A stretch of 64,000 nucleotides of DNA, from contig NW_026250406.1 in the NCBI RefSeq assembly GCF_024521635.1, positions 1,550,001 through 1,614,000 of the forward strand. The letters are read 5' to 3'. The notes under the pieces were generated by a model. That model was not told where the DNA came from. It made no database searches and worked only from the letters and a program-made list of their open reading frames with translations. Origin of the DNA: Tricharina praecox. Lineage: Eukaryota. Numbering within the stretch: position 1 is the stretch's first letter; every line of letters starts with the position of its first letter. This document shows positions 49,658-62,259 of this stretch, one piece after another. The position numbers were made by a program, and so were the translations under genes.

Positions 49658-52600
49658 GGTGGTTGCGAGGGAGGAATGCGACGAATGCGAGGAATGCGAG
49701 GAATTATGCGTGAAATGCGTGGAATGATGCAGGACGATAGCCGGGGACAAATCGATAGCATCATCGATCGCGGAACACCCACTCTTCTTATCCACTTCTC
49801 GTGCACGCCGTGCCGTCGCAGGAAAAATCCAGACTGCCGAGAACCCGCCGCCACGAACTGAGACCTGTAAGGGTAGACAGGTCTAGTGCGCGATCTAGAT
49901 GGGCGGACAGCGCGCCCCGATTGGCACAGCGAAGTGACTAGGGCGACATGAGGTGAGGCGCGCCAGCGTGGCGCGGCGTGGACCCTCGCGAATGGACGCA
50001 AGTGGGTTGGACCTGTCTCTGCTCCGTCTCTCGATCAAGACACGGTGCATGGCCTACATATCTGTGTGGCCTATCGTGTAACCGGGTACTCCCGAATATT
50101 GCCCAGCATCGCATGAGCGATAAACAGTGGCGCCCACCGCCCTTGCGTTCGTCGAGCGACGATCAAGTCCGAGTGCACCACCACCTTTCAGGTTTCATCC
50201 CATGATCGCGACAAAGCACATGTAAAAACCGGACTCGGTTGAATCGCTGGCGACAATGGCAGACTAAGTCTGTAGTGCGAACTAGAGATTCTGCAAGCGA
50301 CCAATCAAAGCGCACTAAATTTCACGTCAGAATCGCAAAGCGCGGGGCCAACGGAGTGTGAAACGCTTACTCGTAAAACAACGTCGAAGGCCGTACAGAA
50401 GTAAGGAGACCATAGTCGCGCGACTGAGCTTGGGCGTGGTGGCCGATCGTACCCATCGCTCAGCAATGCGAACATTGAAGTCGTGCCGCCCTCAATTCGT
50501 TGTTGGTACCGGCCTCGATCGTGACGGGAAGATTCAAAACCCTGGGACCGACTCCCGAGTCGCTTCCGCGGATATCCTACGTAGGGCCGGCATTCGGCGG
50601 CAGAAAGTTCGTCGGCTGATGGCATTTATAGGAAGTTCAAAACTCTCCTGTGTATCGTCCGACTTTGCCGTGCGATTTGATCGACATTTCCGTTCATGCT
50701 CCATCAAGCTCCTTTCGCTTCCCTCACCTTTCCAATCGTCCGGTATGTGTCTCCACGCTGTGCCGTCGATCGTGAACGTTCTGCCTTACGTACCAAATCC
50801 CTTGGGCCTTCCCCTCCGTATGCAACCTGCGCCAGGCGTCTCCAAAAAGGCCTCAGACTCAAGCCCATGCTGGAAAAAAATCGACACTGAATTTCACCCA
50901 CACCGATTGTACGGAAAACCGAACTGGCTTTCTATCTCATCCTCCACATCATCGGGACCTCGTAGTCTCTACCGGGCTAGATTTCCGCGCGGCGAGCTCA
51001 GTGGTGCGGCGGTGGTGCGGCGGAGTCAGAACCATGTCCATACTCGACAAACATCCACACCAAGTCCCACCCACAGCGACTGTAGTATGTATTCTGTAGG
51101 GAACTCGCTTTCCATCTCATCCTCCACACATCTGGAGACCTCGTAGTCCCTGGCGAGTTCCTTGAATATCTCCGGTGGTTCGGCGATGATGACGAGGAAT
51201 GTGTGAAATTCAAGAAGACGCATGTTGATGTAGAATTGGAGTTATCGCTCGAGGGACGCCTCCGTTGGTGGATGGGGTACGGTAGTAGGGTAAGAGAAGG
51301 CGAGGCAAATCGTTGAATAAGCAGCTCGAACTTCTGACGGGATGTTGTCACGATGGTGACCATTCCCTTAATGGCAGGAGACGGAAGATCGCCTCAGGCT
51401 CCCCCGGTAGGCCCCCGAAAGCTTTTCAGGAACTTTCACGCTCTCATTGTCCATCCTCTAGCTGCTGCCGTCTGTTTTCTGAACCCAGAGCTTCACTATC
51501 CTTCGGTCAGATAGTTGAAGCACGGTGGCTGCAGCGGCAACAACTCAGGCGCCCGCGGAGGAGGAGGAGGAGGAAGTACTGGAATCCATGGATCATGTAA
51601 ATGGATCGCAGATCGGGCGTGCCTTGATGGCAGCGGCGGTGGTGGCGGGAAGCGTTAACTTTGCGCATGAGCATGCTGAGACGGTGACGCGGCGAGGATC
51701 AAACTCGAAAACTCCTATGATGAGTTAGCGCTGGGCTAATAGTTTCATTCGGATTGGGATCTGCATTTTCTTGAACTGACGCTCTGGGTGTATTGAATCC
51801 ATCATCGATGATGTCGGCCTGTGTCATCGTATCATCGTATCCTGATGTGAGGGGTGATAGAGCCGTGACAATGGTGAGGCGTATGGCATGGGGTGGTGTG
51901 TGACAAAGTCGAGCTGCAGGGCGGAACGAATGTGCGAAATGCATGGATAATCACTCATTTCTCTCGTTTTGGTTTTGATGAATTATCACTCGCTGAAGTA
52001 CTTGTTTCGGTCTAGCACGGGCCCTTGCTTGGCGTTTGCAGACTTTTCGTAAGAAGCTGTTGACGGTCGTGAGCTTTATGTATTATATGTTCTACGGTAC
52101 ATATCATATCATTCACGTAATTCACAATATCCTTTTTTGAATTTTTGCGCTTTGTGGGTTTGCGAAGACAGTTCGATGCTCGGGCGCGAACCGGCGAAAA
52201 CCGCTCCAAAGACGAGTGATATCCGAAGATCCCGGATATTGTGTGACATCCCATGATCCACTCCCGGCTTGCCGGTTGTCCTGACTCCTCCCAGTAGGTT
52301 TATCGCCATATATTGCAGAGGCAGATTCTAGTTTAACTCTCTATTGAATGTCTTGCGGTGTCATGCCGTATTCCCTTCATATAAGTACGACGTGATGAGA
52401 AGGAGTACATGCCAGGAATGATTCAACTCGCTAGGTACAGAACGAAAAGAAAGCACGCGCGCAAAAATCAAATTTCCCTCAGCTGAACCTTTCTCCACCG
52501 TGTGTGCTGTGTTTCTCCATCTCGAGATCTTTTTTTGCCCAATGATTAGCATAGGTACACAGAGTTGGACATTGCCGGATGGCAGCCTACATTCAACAAT

Positions 52601-52712
52601 CAAGAGAGTACTTAAGGGCCCTTCATCTTACTATGTAATGTTTTCCCTGAGATGAAAGCACCACTATTACCCGTCGCTAGCAAATGCCGCTAATCGTGAA
52701 TCAAGCCTTCAA

Positions 52713-53831
52713 TCAAGTGTCCCTATCTCCATAGTCAGTATCTATAGCCCTCATCTCCAGCGAAGTCAGACTCACCTCCATACTCTCCAACGCCTCTTCG
52801 ATCTCGTCCAAGAGTTTCATCATCCTCTCCACCTCAAAGAATCCTTCGCTCTCCTCCGTCAGTTCCACCTTACTCTCCAACTCCGAGAACCCTTCGATCT
52901 CCTCCTCCGTCAGTTCTACCTGACTCTCCAACTCGAAAAATTCGTCGTTCTCCTCGGTCAGTTCCATCTTCTCCTTCAGATTCACCTTCCTCACAAACTC
53001 CAAAAATCCTTCGTCCTCTTCCTCCGTCAGTTCCTCCTGGCTGTCATACTCCAACGATTCTTCGTCCTCCTCCGGCAGTTCCATCTCATCCGGCAGTTCC
53101 ACATTCCTCTCGAACTCCCACAATCTTCCGTTCTCTTGCGTCGCTTCCATCTTCCTCTCCAACTCCAATAGCGCCAACAAGACCTCCACGCTCGCCTCCA
53201 TTTCCGGCAGGATCTCTTGCAGCTCACGCTCAACGACGCGATACATCTCGTCGTTCGCATTCATCCCCAGGGCCCTCAACCCAACCAGCATCCAACCATC
53301 GGCGCCCTCCTTCAGCCCGCAAGCCGCGCATCCGCCTTTCCGCTGAACATCGGCCGCCTGGACCGTGATCTTCGCGATGGACTCGTACTCATAGCTATGG
53401 CGCAGATCGAAGATGCGCTTGACCGCGGCCTTGACGAGAGGGTGCTCATGCTTGTGCGCCTCGCACGCGGCCGAGATCGGCGTGGCAGTCGGCGTGAACG
53501 GGCGCACGGCGGACTGCAGCTCCTGCAGCAGGAGGTTGCTGTCGTTGCTGATGGTTCTCCACTTTGTGGGCGGAGTGGATGACTTGGATGAGCCTGGCGA
53601 CGAGGAGGAGGAACGCGGTAAGCGCACTGAGTGCAGCCAGAGCTTGGCTAGGGACTTGGGAGAGGAGGGGGAGGAGGGGGAGGAGGAGGAGGTGGTGGAG
53701 GGGGAGGGGGAGGGGGTGCTGGGAGGATAGAGATGCGGTGGTTGCGGGGATGGCGACGACATCGGGCTGCGGTCTGGGTGTCTTGTGAATATGGGGGAGT
53801 TCTGGCGGAGGTGGCGGAGGTGTTGAAACAT
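52713..53831 (-). CDS. Hypothetical protein: Ser/Pro N-terminus, Cys/His-containing core, acidic ~19-aa repeats
   Basis: 372-aa intronless ORF (alternative start 53762) with CEAHKHEH, CAACG and repeated VELTEEExEGFxExE. Confidence 0.7.
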   Translation of the reverse strand: MFQHLRHLRQNSPIFTRHPDRSPMSSPSPQPPHLYPPSTPSPSPSTTSSSSPSSPSSPKSLAKLWLHSVRLPRSSSSSPGSSKSSTPPTKWRTISNDSNLLLQELQSAVRPFTPTATPISAACEAHKHEHPLVKAAVKRIFDLRHSYEYESIAKITVQAADVQRKGGCAACGLKEGADGWMLVGLRALGMNANDEMYRVVERELQEILPEMEASVEVLLALLELERKMEATQENGRLWEFERNVELPDEMELPEEDEESLEYDSQEELTEEEDEGFLEFVRKVNLKEKMELTEENDEFFELESQVELTEEEIEGFSELESKVELTEESEGFFEVERMMKLLDEIEEALESMEVSLTSLEMRAIDTDYGDRDT

Positions 53832-55149
53832 TCCGGTGATGACGAGGGTTAAGGCTGCGCGATGCGTGTTAGGTATGCGTGCGATTGGTATCCGCCGTTA
53901 GGAAGAGGTGGACTTACTTTAGTTTGTGGATTTGTAGGAAGATTCGTTAATTGTCAGTATTGAGGTGGTGTGGGATGGTATTTGTGTGGGGTGTTGGTGA
54001 AGAGGACGGAAGGTTGTCTTGTAGAAGTTGTCGGTACCAGTCGTCGTGCTGGTATGAGAAGAGTGAAGCAGCTGCGAAGCAAACAGTCGTTGGGGGGGCT
54101 ATCGTTCAATGTGGATTGTTAATCGAGTGAGAAGAGTATCCCCTTCATGTTCGGCGCTTGTATATTTGTTGTACCGCACCAAGTTGGCCCAATCTGGACC
54201 GATGTAGAAAGGTTGGCAACGAGTGATATCAAAAGCATTCGGCGAGTGTACTCTTCCGCAGAGCAACTTGAGTAAGTTAGTAGAAACATGCTCTCTACCA
54301 TCATGTATCTAGCGGCACACATGCTTACTTCCCTCCACCCGATGCGTTTCTAAACATTTAGTAGTGTACTCTAGTAGTAGAGCCCGCCGCCGCCACCGGT
54401 GTAGTAGTATCCACCGGAGGCCTGATTGCAACATGATTGCCTGTTTTTGACTTGAGTCCCGGACTCATAATCTCTGTATCAGCGCTGTTACTCATATCTC
54501 TAGTATTCACGCCGAGGATGTTTGAAGTGCCGTGGGTCAGAGGCGGCGACGGTGACTGTCATTTTACCTGGCAACCGTGACTGTTACCAGCACAGCTGCA
54601 ACCAGATTGATCGAGACAGTGAGCTCTGTGGTTGTGTAGGCGCAATTTTACCTCCCAATCGGGCATGCTTTTCAGTGCAACAAATTTACACACGCCCCGG
54701 ACATGTAGGGGATAGCATCGATATTGGCCCGAATACTGATAAGAGGAAGTAGGCTCAACATCGATGCCAACGTCATTGACACGCATGGGTCAACGACAGG
54801 ATACAGATCACCGCGGATCCTCTGGTATTAGTGTGAATAGCTCAGTGAGGGGTGGGAGGCGAGGATGTGCTGGATGAGGGGTGTAACTTCATGGACGCGC
54901 GGTTACAAATAGACATAGGTGCTCATGTAGTTAACACGAAAGTAATCAATGGAGGGAAGTAGTGCAAGAGCAAAGGTTGTTTTTGCGCCCTGATAGTAGC
55001 TCGGTAATAGATTCTTTATACTAGTCGCACCCGCACTGGCATAACGGAACGAAGATTTCGGTAGCAGGAAAGTGATCTATCGAAGAAAGTAATGCGAAAG
55101 ATAATAGACGTTTAGCACCTTGATACCCAGTAATGCTTTCCATCTACCC

Positions 55150-56395
55150 AGGCCTTATCAGACCGTCCACTATCCTCCTTTCCTTCCTTGTTTTCTAGGT
55201 TCAGTCAGTTATGAGCAGATGAAAAAGGCGAGTAGCGCGGAATCATGAGCTACTCACCGAGTTAGTCACGAGAAGTTACAGAGCAACATCCAGGCGGGTT
55301 GAACGCGATGAAGAAAAAGCCAGTGTATGCACCCTGATCGAAATTGCCGCCGGTTGATGTTTGCGTAGTTGTGCTGATGGCTGCTTTCATGGCAGCGGAG
55401 TAGTCGATGCCTTACGTATTCGGACGTGCGAGACGCGAGCGTATCACCGTCACAAGTAAGTACACCACGTAGTTGCCTGCGAGACGACATTCTTTGCCGC
55501 GAAAGGCCAGACTCACTATTGTGCCGTGCATTAGATCGCGCAGGGGCGTGACCTTGGGGCCCACAACCTCCACGCAGTCACTCGATTAGTGAAAGCCTTC
55601 TTGTTTTCCTCGCTGTGTAGTGGCATTGTAATGAGGTTGGGCTCCTCCCGGAACCTGCGAACTATTGCAACCCGGAATTCGATGGCCTTGTGGTGCTGGT
55701 GCGTGACGTTGCCAAAGTGCTTGAGAACTGCGTTCTGGGTTCTACACTCGTCGGGGTTTAGCGAGATTCCGTCTCGGTGCGTAGGGGGCTTGAGGTGGTC
55801 AAATTGACCTGAAAAGCGGTGGTGAAGGCCGCGAGGGCACCGAGGCGCCAGGGTGCAGGACCCCAACTCCACCTGCGCCCCGGCGCAGGTGGGAGACGGA
55901 GACCACCCACTGTGGTCTTTGACCTCTTCGGTTTCCTATGCTCGGTCAGCCACCAGCAGACGAAAAAGACGACCAATGCGGAATCATGAGCTACTCACCG
56001 AGTTTGCGATGATGACCGCAAACGCAGCGGCGGTTCGTGCTGGGTACCGCTTTCTTGTACCGCGAGGACAGTGCGTCCTTGCAGACACCGTTAGGGTGAT
56101 CGGGATACCAATGATCTTCATACATCTTCGCGACTGAGGGCCAGTCGTTCCCCAGATCGTCCCTGAGAAAACGCATCACGCACAATTGCTCGTGCGTGTA
56201 GTTTTCCCTCAGGGGAGGTGACCTGGGGTTCGTCTGTGTCCACGTCCTCCGACGCGTCGCTGGCGTCTCCCTGTTGCGGCATGCATTAGTAGTCGCCCAT
56301 GCACCGCCACAGCTGAACGATGCACTTACCTGGCTCGTCCTTTGGGTGGTAGGCTTGTGGGAAGCCGGTAGGTATCTCGCAAAGATAGTGCATTA
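55150..56395 (-). pseudogene. Mosaic family copy with HTH and a ~500-bp unrelated insert
   Basis: LCVMRFLRDDLGNDWPSVAKMYEDHWYPDHPNGVCKDALSSRYKK at about 56045-56212. Unrelated sequence at about 55270-55800 lies between two 3' intron modules. Confidence 0.6.
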
Positions 56396-57149
56396 TAGTG
56401 GTGGTTTTGGAAGTGAAAGTTCATCAAAGTGATGTTGTTGGGGGATGATAGTTGGAGTGGTGTGTTCGGGTGAAGGAGGGAGAGGTGCAAGAGAAAGGGA
56501 GGAAAACCCCAAACCGCAACCCGCTAGCGCATTGAAGATTGCAACCCATCACAGATCCATGTGGGCAGTGACTGCTTTTTCTGAATGCTCCGCACAATGG
56601 CTTCTTTGTCGCTCGCGTAATACCACTCGGTGCATTCGATCTTTCTTCGTCCACCACGCCAAAATACACTGGATCGGATGCGGCTAGAAAGAAATTCTGC
56701 CTGTCGGTTGTAGACGTCTCATCGCTGCAGCAGTGACAAAGATCTTCCTGTTTTATTTTGCATGCAGTCTATCGACACTATGCCGAACCCACGACTTCCG
56801 TTTCCTGTCTGCCCTGGCCAGTCAAGGTGAAAGCCCCGGTACCGACCAGTCCGATTAGGCGCCCCACTTCCCCTGCCCCATCCCCCTCGGGCCGCCACAA
56901 GCAAAGAAAACGTATATCGACAGTAAAGGCCGGTATGGGCCCACATGCCCGCTCTTCTAGCTGTCCCTTGCCTCTCTTCCCCGTCATGTGCTTCCGCTCC
57001 AAAACCTATCCCCGCGTATCCTCCTCTCCCATTTCCTTGCAGTGGCCGCAGACGAAGTATCCTGCTGGACACTCTTGCTCCGCCCCCGATGTGATGCTCG
57101 CCTCGTCCTCATCCTCGTCCAGCCTCAAGGTCTGCTAGTGCTTTCCTCC

Positions 57150-57365
57150 TCACATCCGTGGTTCCCAGAAACTTTAGGATTGCCTCACTGCACCGCTCGT
57201 CAGCATCGCTCGAGGAGTGCTGGCGCTCGAGCTTGTCCGAGTCATATCTTGTGCCGGACGCCTGGCGACCGGATCTTAGTCGTCCGAACCTTAGGCGTCT
57301 GGTGCCCTGAGCGTGATGGGGTCTACTAGCAGCCCGTCGACCGGACGAGCCTGGAGGCCATCTAA
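57150..57365 (+). pseudogene. Degenerate paralogue of the small Cys/His ORF at 61154
   Basis: SESYLVPDAWRPDLSRPNLRRL..WCPERDGVY*QPVDRTSLEAI*. Confidence 0.55.
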
Positions 57366-57959
57366 AAAACACATGTATTTAGAGGACCTTCTGCCGCTGC
57401 AGAAGACAGACGACAATCAAGATTTTATATTTCTATATTTGAGTCTGCCAAGGACCGTCCGCCATGGAACACACTCACGAGGCCCGTGTTGCCCAATGCC
57501 ACACAGGAATCTTAACCACAACTATAGCATCGATATTGACCCGACGACTCATAAGAAGTAGGTTTAACATCGAGGTCAACAACGTCATCAACACGCATCG
57601 GTCAACGAAAGGAGACAGATCGTCGCGGATCCTCTGGTATGATTGTGAATAGCGCAATGAGGGGTGAGGCCAGGATGTGCTGGATGAGGGATGTAATGTG
57701 TCTTTTTTTGGACGCACGGATACAAGTAGACATAATTACTTGTATAACAGGAAAGCAATCAATGGAAGTCATCGAGAGCGAATTTTGTCTTTACGCCCTT
57801 ATAGTAGCTCGTTAATACATTCGTTATACTAGTCACAATCGCACTGGCATAACGGAGCGAATATTTGAGTAGCAGGAACGTCATTCATGGAAGGAAGTAA
57901 TGCGAAAGACAATAGACGTTTTACAGCTTGACACCCAGCAACGTTTTCTATCTACCTGG

Positions 57960-59035
57960 ACCTTATCAGACCGTCCACTATCCTCCTTTCCTCCCTTGTT
58001 CCGTTGGTTTGGTCAGCTACGAACAGAGGAGGAACACAATTAATGCGGAATCATGAGCTACTCACCGAGTTTGAGATGATGAGAGTGAGGACGCCCAGGT
58101 GCCGTGGCGCCGGTGCGTGGGTGGCAAGTTTAGTCCACCCACTGTGCTCTTTGATCTCTGAGGTTTTCTAGGTTCGGTCAGCCACCAATAGGGGAAAAAG
58201 ACGAGTAATGCGGAATCCTGAGCTACTCACCTAATTTTACGTCACGATCGCAAACGAGGCGGAGATTGCCGCTGGGTACCGCTTTCTTGTATCGTGAGTA
58301 CAACGCATCCTTGTAGATACCCGGAGGGTGATCAGGATACCAGTACTCATTGTACATCCTGACAACTGAGCGCCGGTCGTTCCCCAGATCGTCCCTGAAG
58401 AAAGGCATCACGCACAAGTTCTCGTGCGTGTAGTTTTCCCTCAGAGGGGCGCCCTGAGGTTCGTCTGCGTCCTCGTCCTCCGACGTGTCGGTGGCGTCTC
58501 CTTGGTTCAGGGAATCATCGGCTTCGCCATCGTCTTTGGACGAGTCCATGACGTCTTCCTATCCCCGGGTGGCATCGTCTTCGGCGACAGATGTTGCCCC
58601 GTTGTCCTACTCTTTAGTCGCCACGGCACACATTAGCAGGCGCCCATGCACCGCCTCAGCTGGAAGACTGCACTTACCTGGTTCGTTATGGTCGGCCTGC
58701 GGAACGGCGGTGGGTTCCTCGGAAAGCCTGGGATTCTCGGCCGCTTTGGTCTCCGGAACATCGGAGACATCGAGGACTGAGGTCCTGATGGGAGCGGGCA
58801 GTGGGTCTGCCATTTTGCTTCTGTGGTGGTGGTGGTGTTATGCTCGGTGGTTGTTGATGTTTCGAGTTCTTGATCTAAAGCTTGCCGCAGTGAAGGGTGT
58901 TTCTTTGTGACGGTGTGGGTGAAGCTTTGAGGATGATGGAGGATGAAGATTAAGGGTGAGGTGGGGAGGGTGGGATGAATGAGATGGACTTTCAACGGCT
59001 TTGGTCTTCGGGACATACTCTTGTAGATGGTGCAT
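57960..59035 (-). pseudogene. Mosaic family copy (acidic module then HTH)
   Basis: LRENYTHENLCVMPFFRDDLGNDRRSVVRMYNEYWYPDHPPGIYKDALYSRYKK at about 58275-58445, with shared 5' and 3' modules. Confidence 0.65.
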
Positions 59036-59579
59036 TATGGTGATGGTTTCGGAGGTGATTCATCAAAGTGATGTTGTTAGAGAATGATAGTTAAAGTGGT
59101 ATGTTCGGGTGTAGGATGGAGAGGTAGAAGAGAGAGACAGGAAGAAAGCAAACTGCAACCCGCTGGCGCATTGAACATTGCCTGTGGGCAGTGACTGCTA
59201 CTTCTTGAATGGGCCGCACAAGGGCTTCTCTGACGCTAGCGTAATACCACCTGGGCCAGTCGGCTGCGATCACTGATGGACTGCTATCAATCCAGGCATC
59301 TTGCATCTTCAAACAGTATGTCGCGCCATGTGCAGTCCAAGCAGTACAAACTACTTCTCGCAGCAGCCGGAGTTTGTTTACCTGATTTAAATGGGAGGAT
59401 GTTGCCATCGGCGTGTGGTCCTCAGTAACTCGATAATACATTCCTTATACTAGTCGTACTCGCACTGACATAACGGAACGAAGATTTCGGTAGCAGGAAA
59501 GTAATCTATGCAAGGACGTAATGCGAAAGACAATACACGTTTAGCACCTTGACACCCAGCAACTTTTTCCATCCACCTG

Positions 59580-60440
59580 GGCCTTATCGGACCGTCGACT
59601 ATCCTGCTCTCTTTCCTTGTTCTCTTGGTTCTGTCAGCGATGCGTAGATGAAAAAGACTAGTAACGCGGAATCATGAGCTACTCACCCAGTTTTAGGTCA
59701 CGATGACCGCAAACGCGGCGATGATGACAGTAAGGGCACCTAGGCGCCGGGGCGCGGGTTGCTCTTCTTCTACATCTTCATCTTCCGACGTGTCGGTGGC
59801 GTCTCCTTGTTCGAGGGTGTTACTGCCTTCGACGACACATGTCGCTTCGTTGTTCTGCTCTTCGGTCGCCGCGACATACATTAGCAATCGTTCATGCACC
59901 GCCAGAGCTGAAGATTGCACTTACCTGACTCGTTCTTTGGGTGGTCAGCTTTTGAAGGGCCCAGTATTATTCCCTCACCCATGCTGAGTCGTTATCAGTC
60001 CCGAGGATGCCGGCATTGTCACGATCACCCTTGGGTGCTTCTTTCTTGTACAGTGAGTACAGAGCGTCCTTGCAGACACTCTTAGGGTTATCGGGATACC
60101 AGTACTGATTATACATCCTCACGACTGAGCGCCAGTCGTTGCCCAGGTCGTCCCTAAGGAAACCCATCACGCACAATTTCTCGTGTGTGTAGCTTTCCCT
60201 CAGGGTGACCTGGGGTTCGTCTTCGTCTTCCGACGTGTCGGCTCCGTCATCTTGCTCCAGGGTGTCATTGTCGTCGGCGACACATGTCGCTTCGCCATCA
60301 TGCTCCTCGGTCGCAGCATACATTAGCAGGCGCGCATCCACCGCAGCAGCTAGAAGGTTACACTTACCTAGTTGAGACTGTAGTATTTTTCGACGGCTTT
60401 GGTCTTCGGGACATACTCGGGTAGATAGTTCCTTATAGTG
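59580..60440 (-). pseudogene. Mosaic family copy (acidic-HTH-acidic)
   Basis: LRESYTHEKLCVMGFLRDDLGNDWRSVVRMYNQYWYPDNPKSVCKDALYSLYKK. Stop at 59967. Same architecture as 35130-36060. Confidence 0.65.
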
Positions 60441-61153
60441 ATGGATTTCGATGATTTTTTTGGAGTTGATTCATCAAAGTGATGTTGTGGGAGGATGATA
60501 GTAGTTGAAGTGGTATGTTCGGGTGAAGTAGTGCGAGGTAGAAGAGAAAGAGAGGAAGAAACAAAGCTGCAACCCGCTAGCGCATTAAAAATTTCAAGCA
60601 GCATAATACCACGTGGGTTCGGCTGCGATCACTCATGCACTGCTATCAATCCAGGCACCCTGCATATTCAAACAGTATGCCGTGCCATGTGAAGTCCAAA
60701 TAGTACGAACGCCTCCCTGTAGCGACCGGAGTTGGTTTCTCTGATGCGAATGCGAGGATGTTGCGGTCGGCGTATGGTCCTGACTGCGTAACATGGTTTG
60801 TGCGGAGCCATCCTGTCGCTCTGTGCCAGCGTCATCAAGTTGAGCATCCGCCAGCAACATCCAGTGAATCATTCCATTGAACGCCACACACGCCGCCCGC
60901 TAGCATGCTTTACGCAGCTTGCAAACATCACCGCCTCCTCTCTATCGGGTAGTCTCGGTCTAGCTGCCACCTAGATTCCCGACCGCCGTGCCAAATTCCG
61001 AGTCCACACATCGCTACGTAGAGTCCAAGAACCCAGGCATCCAGAACGAGTGGTGCCTTTCTCCTACATACACTGTACTGTCAAATATAGGAGTATAAAG
61101 TTTTGATTATCGTCTTTCTTCTGCAGCGGCACAAGGTCCTCTATATACATTTG

Positions 61154-61375
61154 CTAGATGGCCTCCTGGCTCGCGCTGTCGGCGGGCTGCTCGTAGAACC
61201 TATCATGTTCAGGACACCAACCATGGCTCCGACGCTTAAGGCCGAGACGCCTAACATCCGGACGCCCCAGATCCGGTTGCCAGTCGTCCGGCACCAGATA
61301 TGACTCGCACGCCTCACCTCCGGCGCCAGGACTCCCCAGAGCGATCGGTCGTCTACATCTCACACATACTTTCAA
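61154..61375 (-). CDS. Small hypothetical protein with CxxC..CxxH (possible zinc binder)
   Basis: 73-aa ORF VCVRCRR..ESYLVPDDWQPDLGRPDVRRL..WCPEHD, with a paralogue at 57150. Confidence 0.35.
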   Translation of the reverse strand: MKVCVRCRRPIALGSPGAGGEACESYLVPDDWQPDLGRPDVRRLGLKRRSHGWCPEHDRFYEQPADSASQEAI

Positions 61376-62259
61376 AGGTCCTTATTCATCCACCATCCCA
61401 ACCTACACCGTATCTCATCCGGCTGGGAAGGAAACTCCGCCAAGACTCAGTCCGTCACGAAATGTATTCACGAGAACCCTGTGGTACGATGGGCTGGAGA
61501 GGAATGATGTTACGCCCGATTATAGAATCGATATGGGCCCCAATACTGACGGGGGCAATCAGGCTTAATATCGAGGTCGAGCTGGTCATCGACACGCGTA
61601 ACTCGAGGACGGGTTATCGAACGCCGGGAATTGTTCGTCATACGTTTCAATAGCGCAGAGGGAGGTGAGGTGGGGGGAGGGCAGGGGTGCGTGATGCGAG
61701 ATGTAACTTCATGGAGGCGCGGAGAAATGTAGACATACTTACTTAGGGAGCAGGAGAGTATTCGATGGAAAGACGAAATGCGAAAGTAAAAAACTTTTGG
61801 TCCTTGATAGTAGCTCGATAGTAGATTCACTAAACTACCTACTCGCAATCGCACTGGCATAACGGAATAAAGTAACGCGAAAGACAATACGCATTTCAGC
61901 AACGTTTTCCATCTACCTAGGCCTTATCAGACCGTCTACTATCCTCCATTCTTTCCTTGTCTCTCAGGTTCGGTCAGCTATGAGTGAATGAAACAGACAA
62001 GCAACGGAGAATCATGAGCCACTCTTCGGGTTTGTGACGACAACGCGAAACGCGATGGCGATGGGTGTCAAGATTTGCTCGTCTCAGAACCCGACGGATC
62101 TGAGTGTCTCCTACATGAGATTATTCTGCCTTGGCAAGACGAACGTGTGTATAGAGGGCATCTCTGGCCCGACGAGAAGTAGAGAATCAGTTCAACATTG
62201 TCTATCTATCTATTTATCCCTACCTCTATCATCCGTATCCTTGACACTACCTAGGTCAT

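Noticed and set aside
50358..51363. 262-aa plus-strand ORF and minus-strand fragments with a duplicated VEDE(M/I)ES motif
   Set aside because: No coherent gene model or recognisable domain; probably a decayed minus-strand gene.
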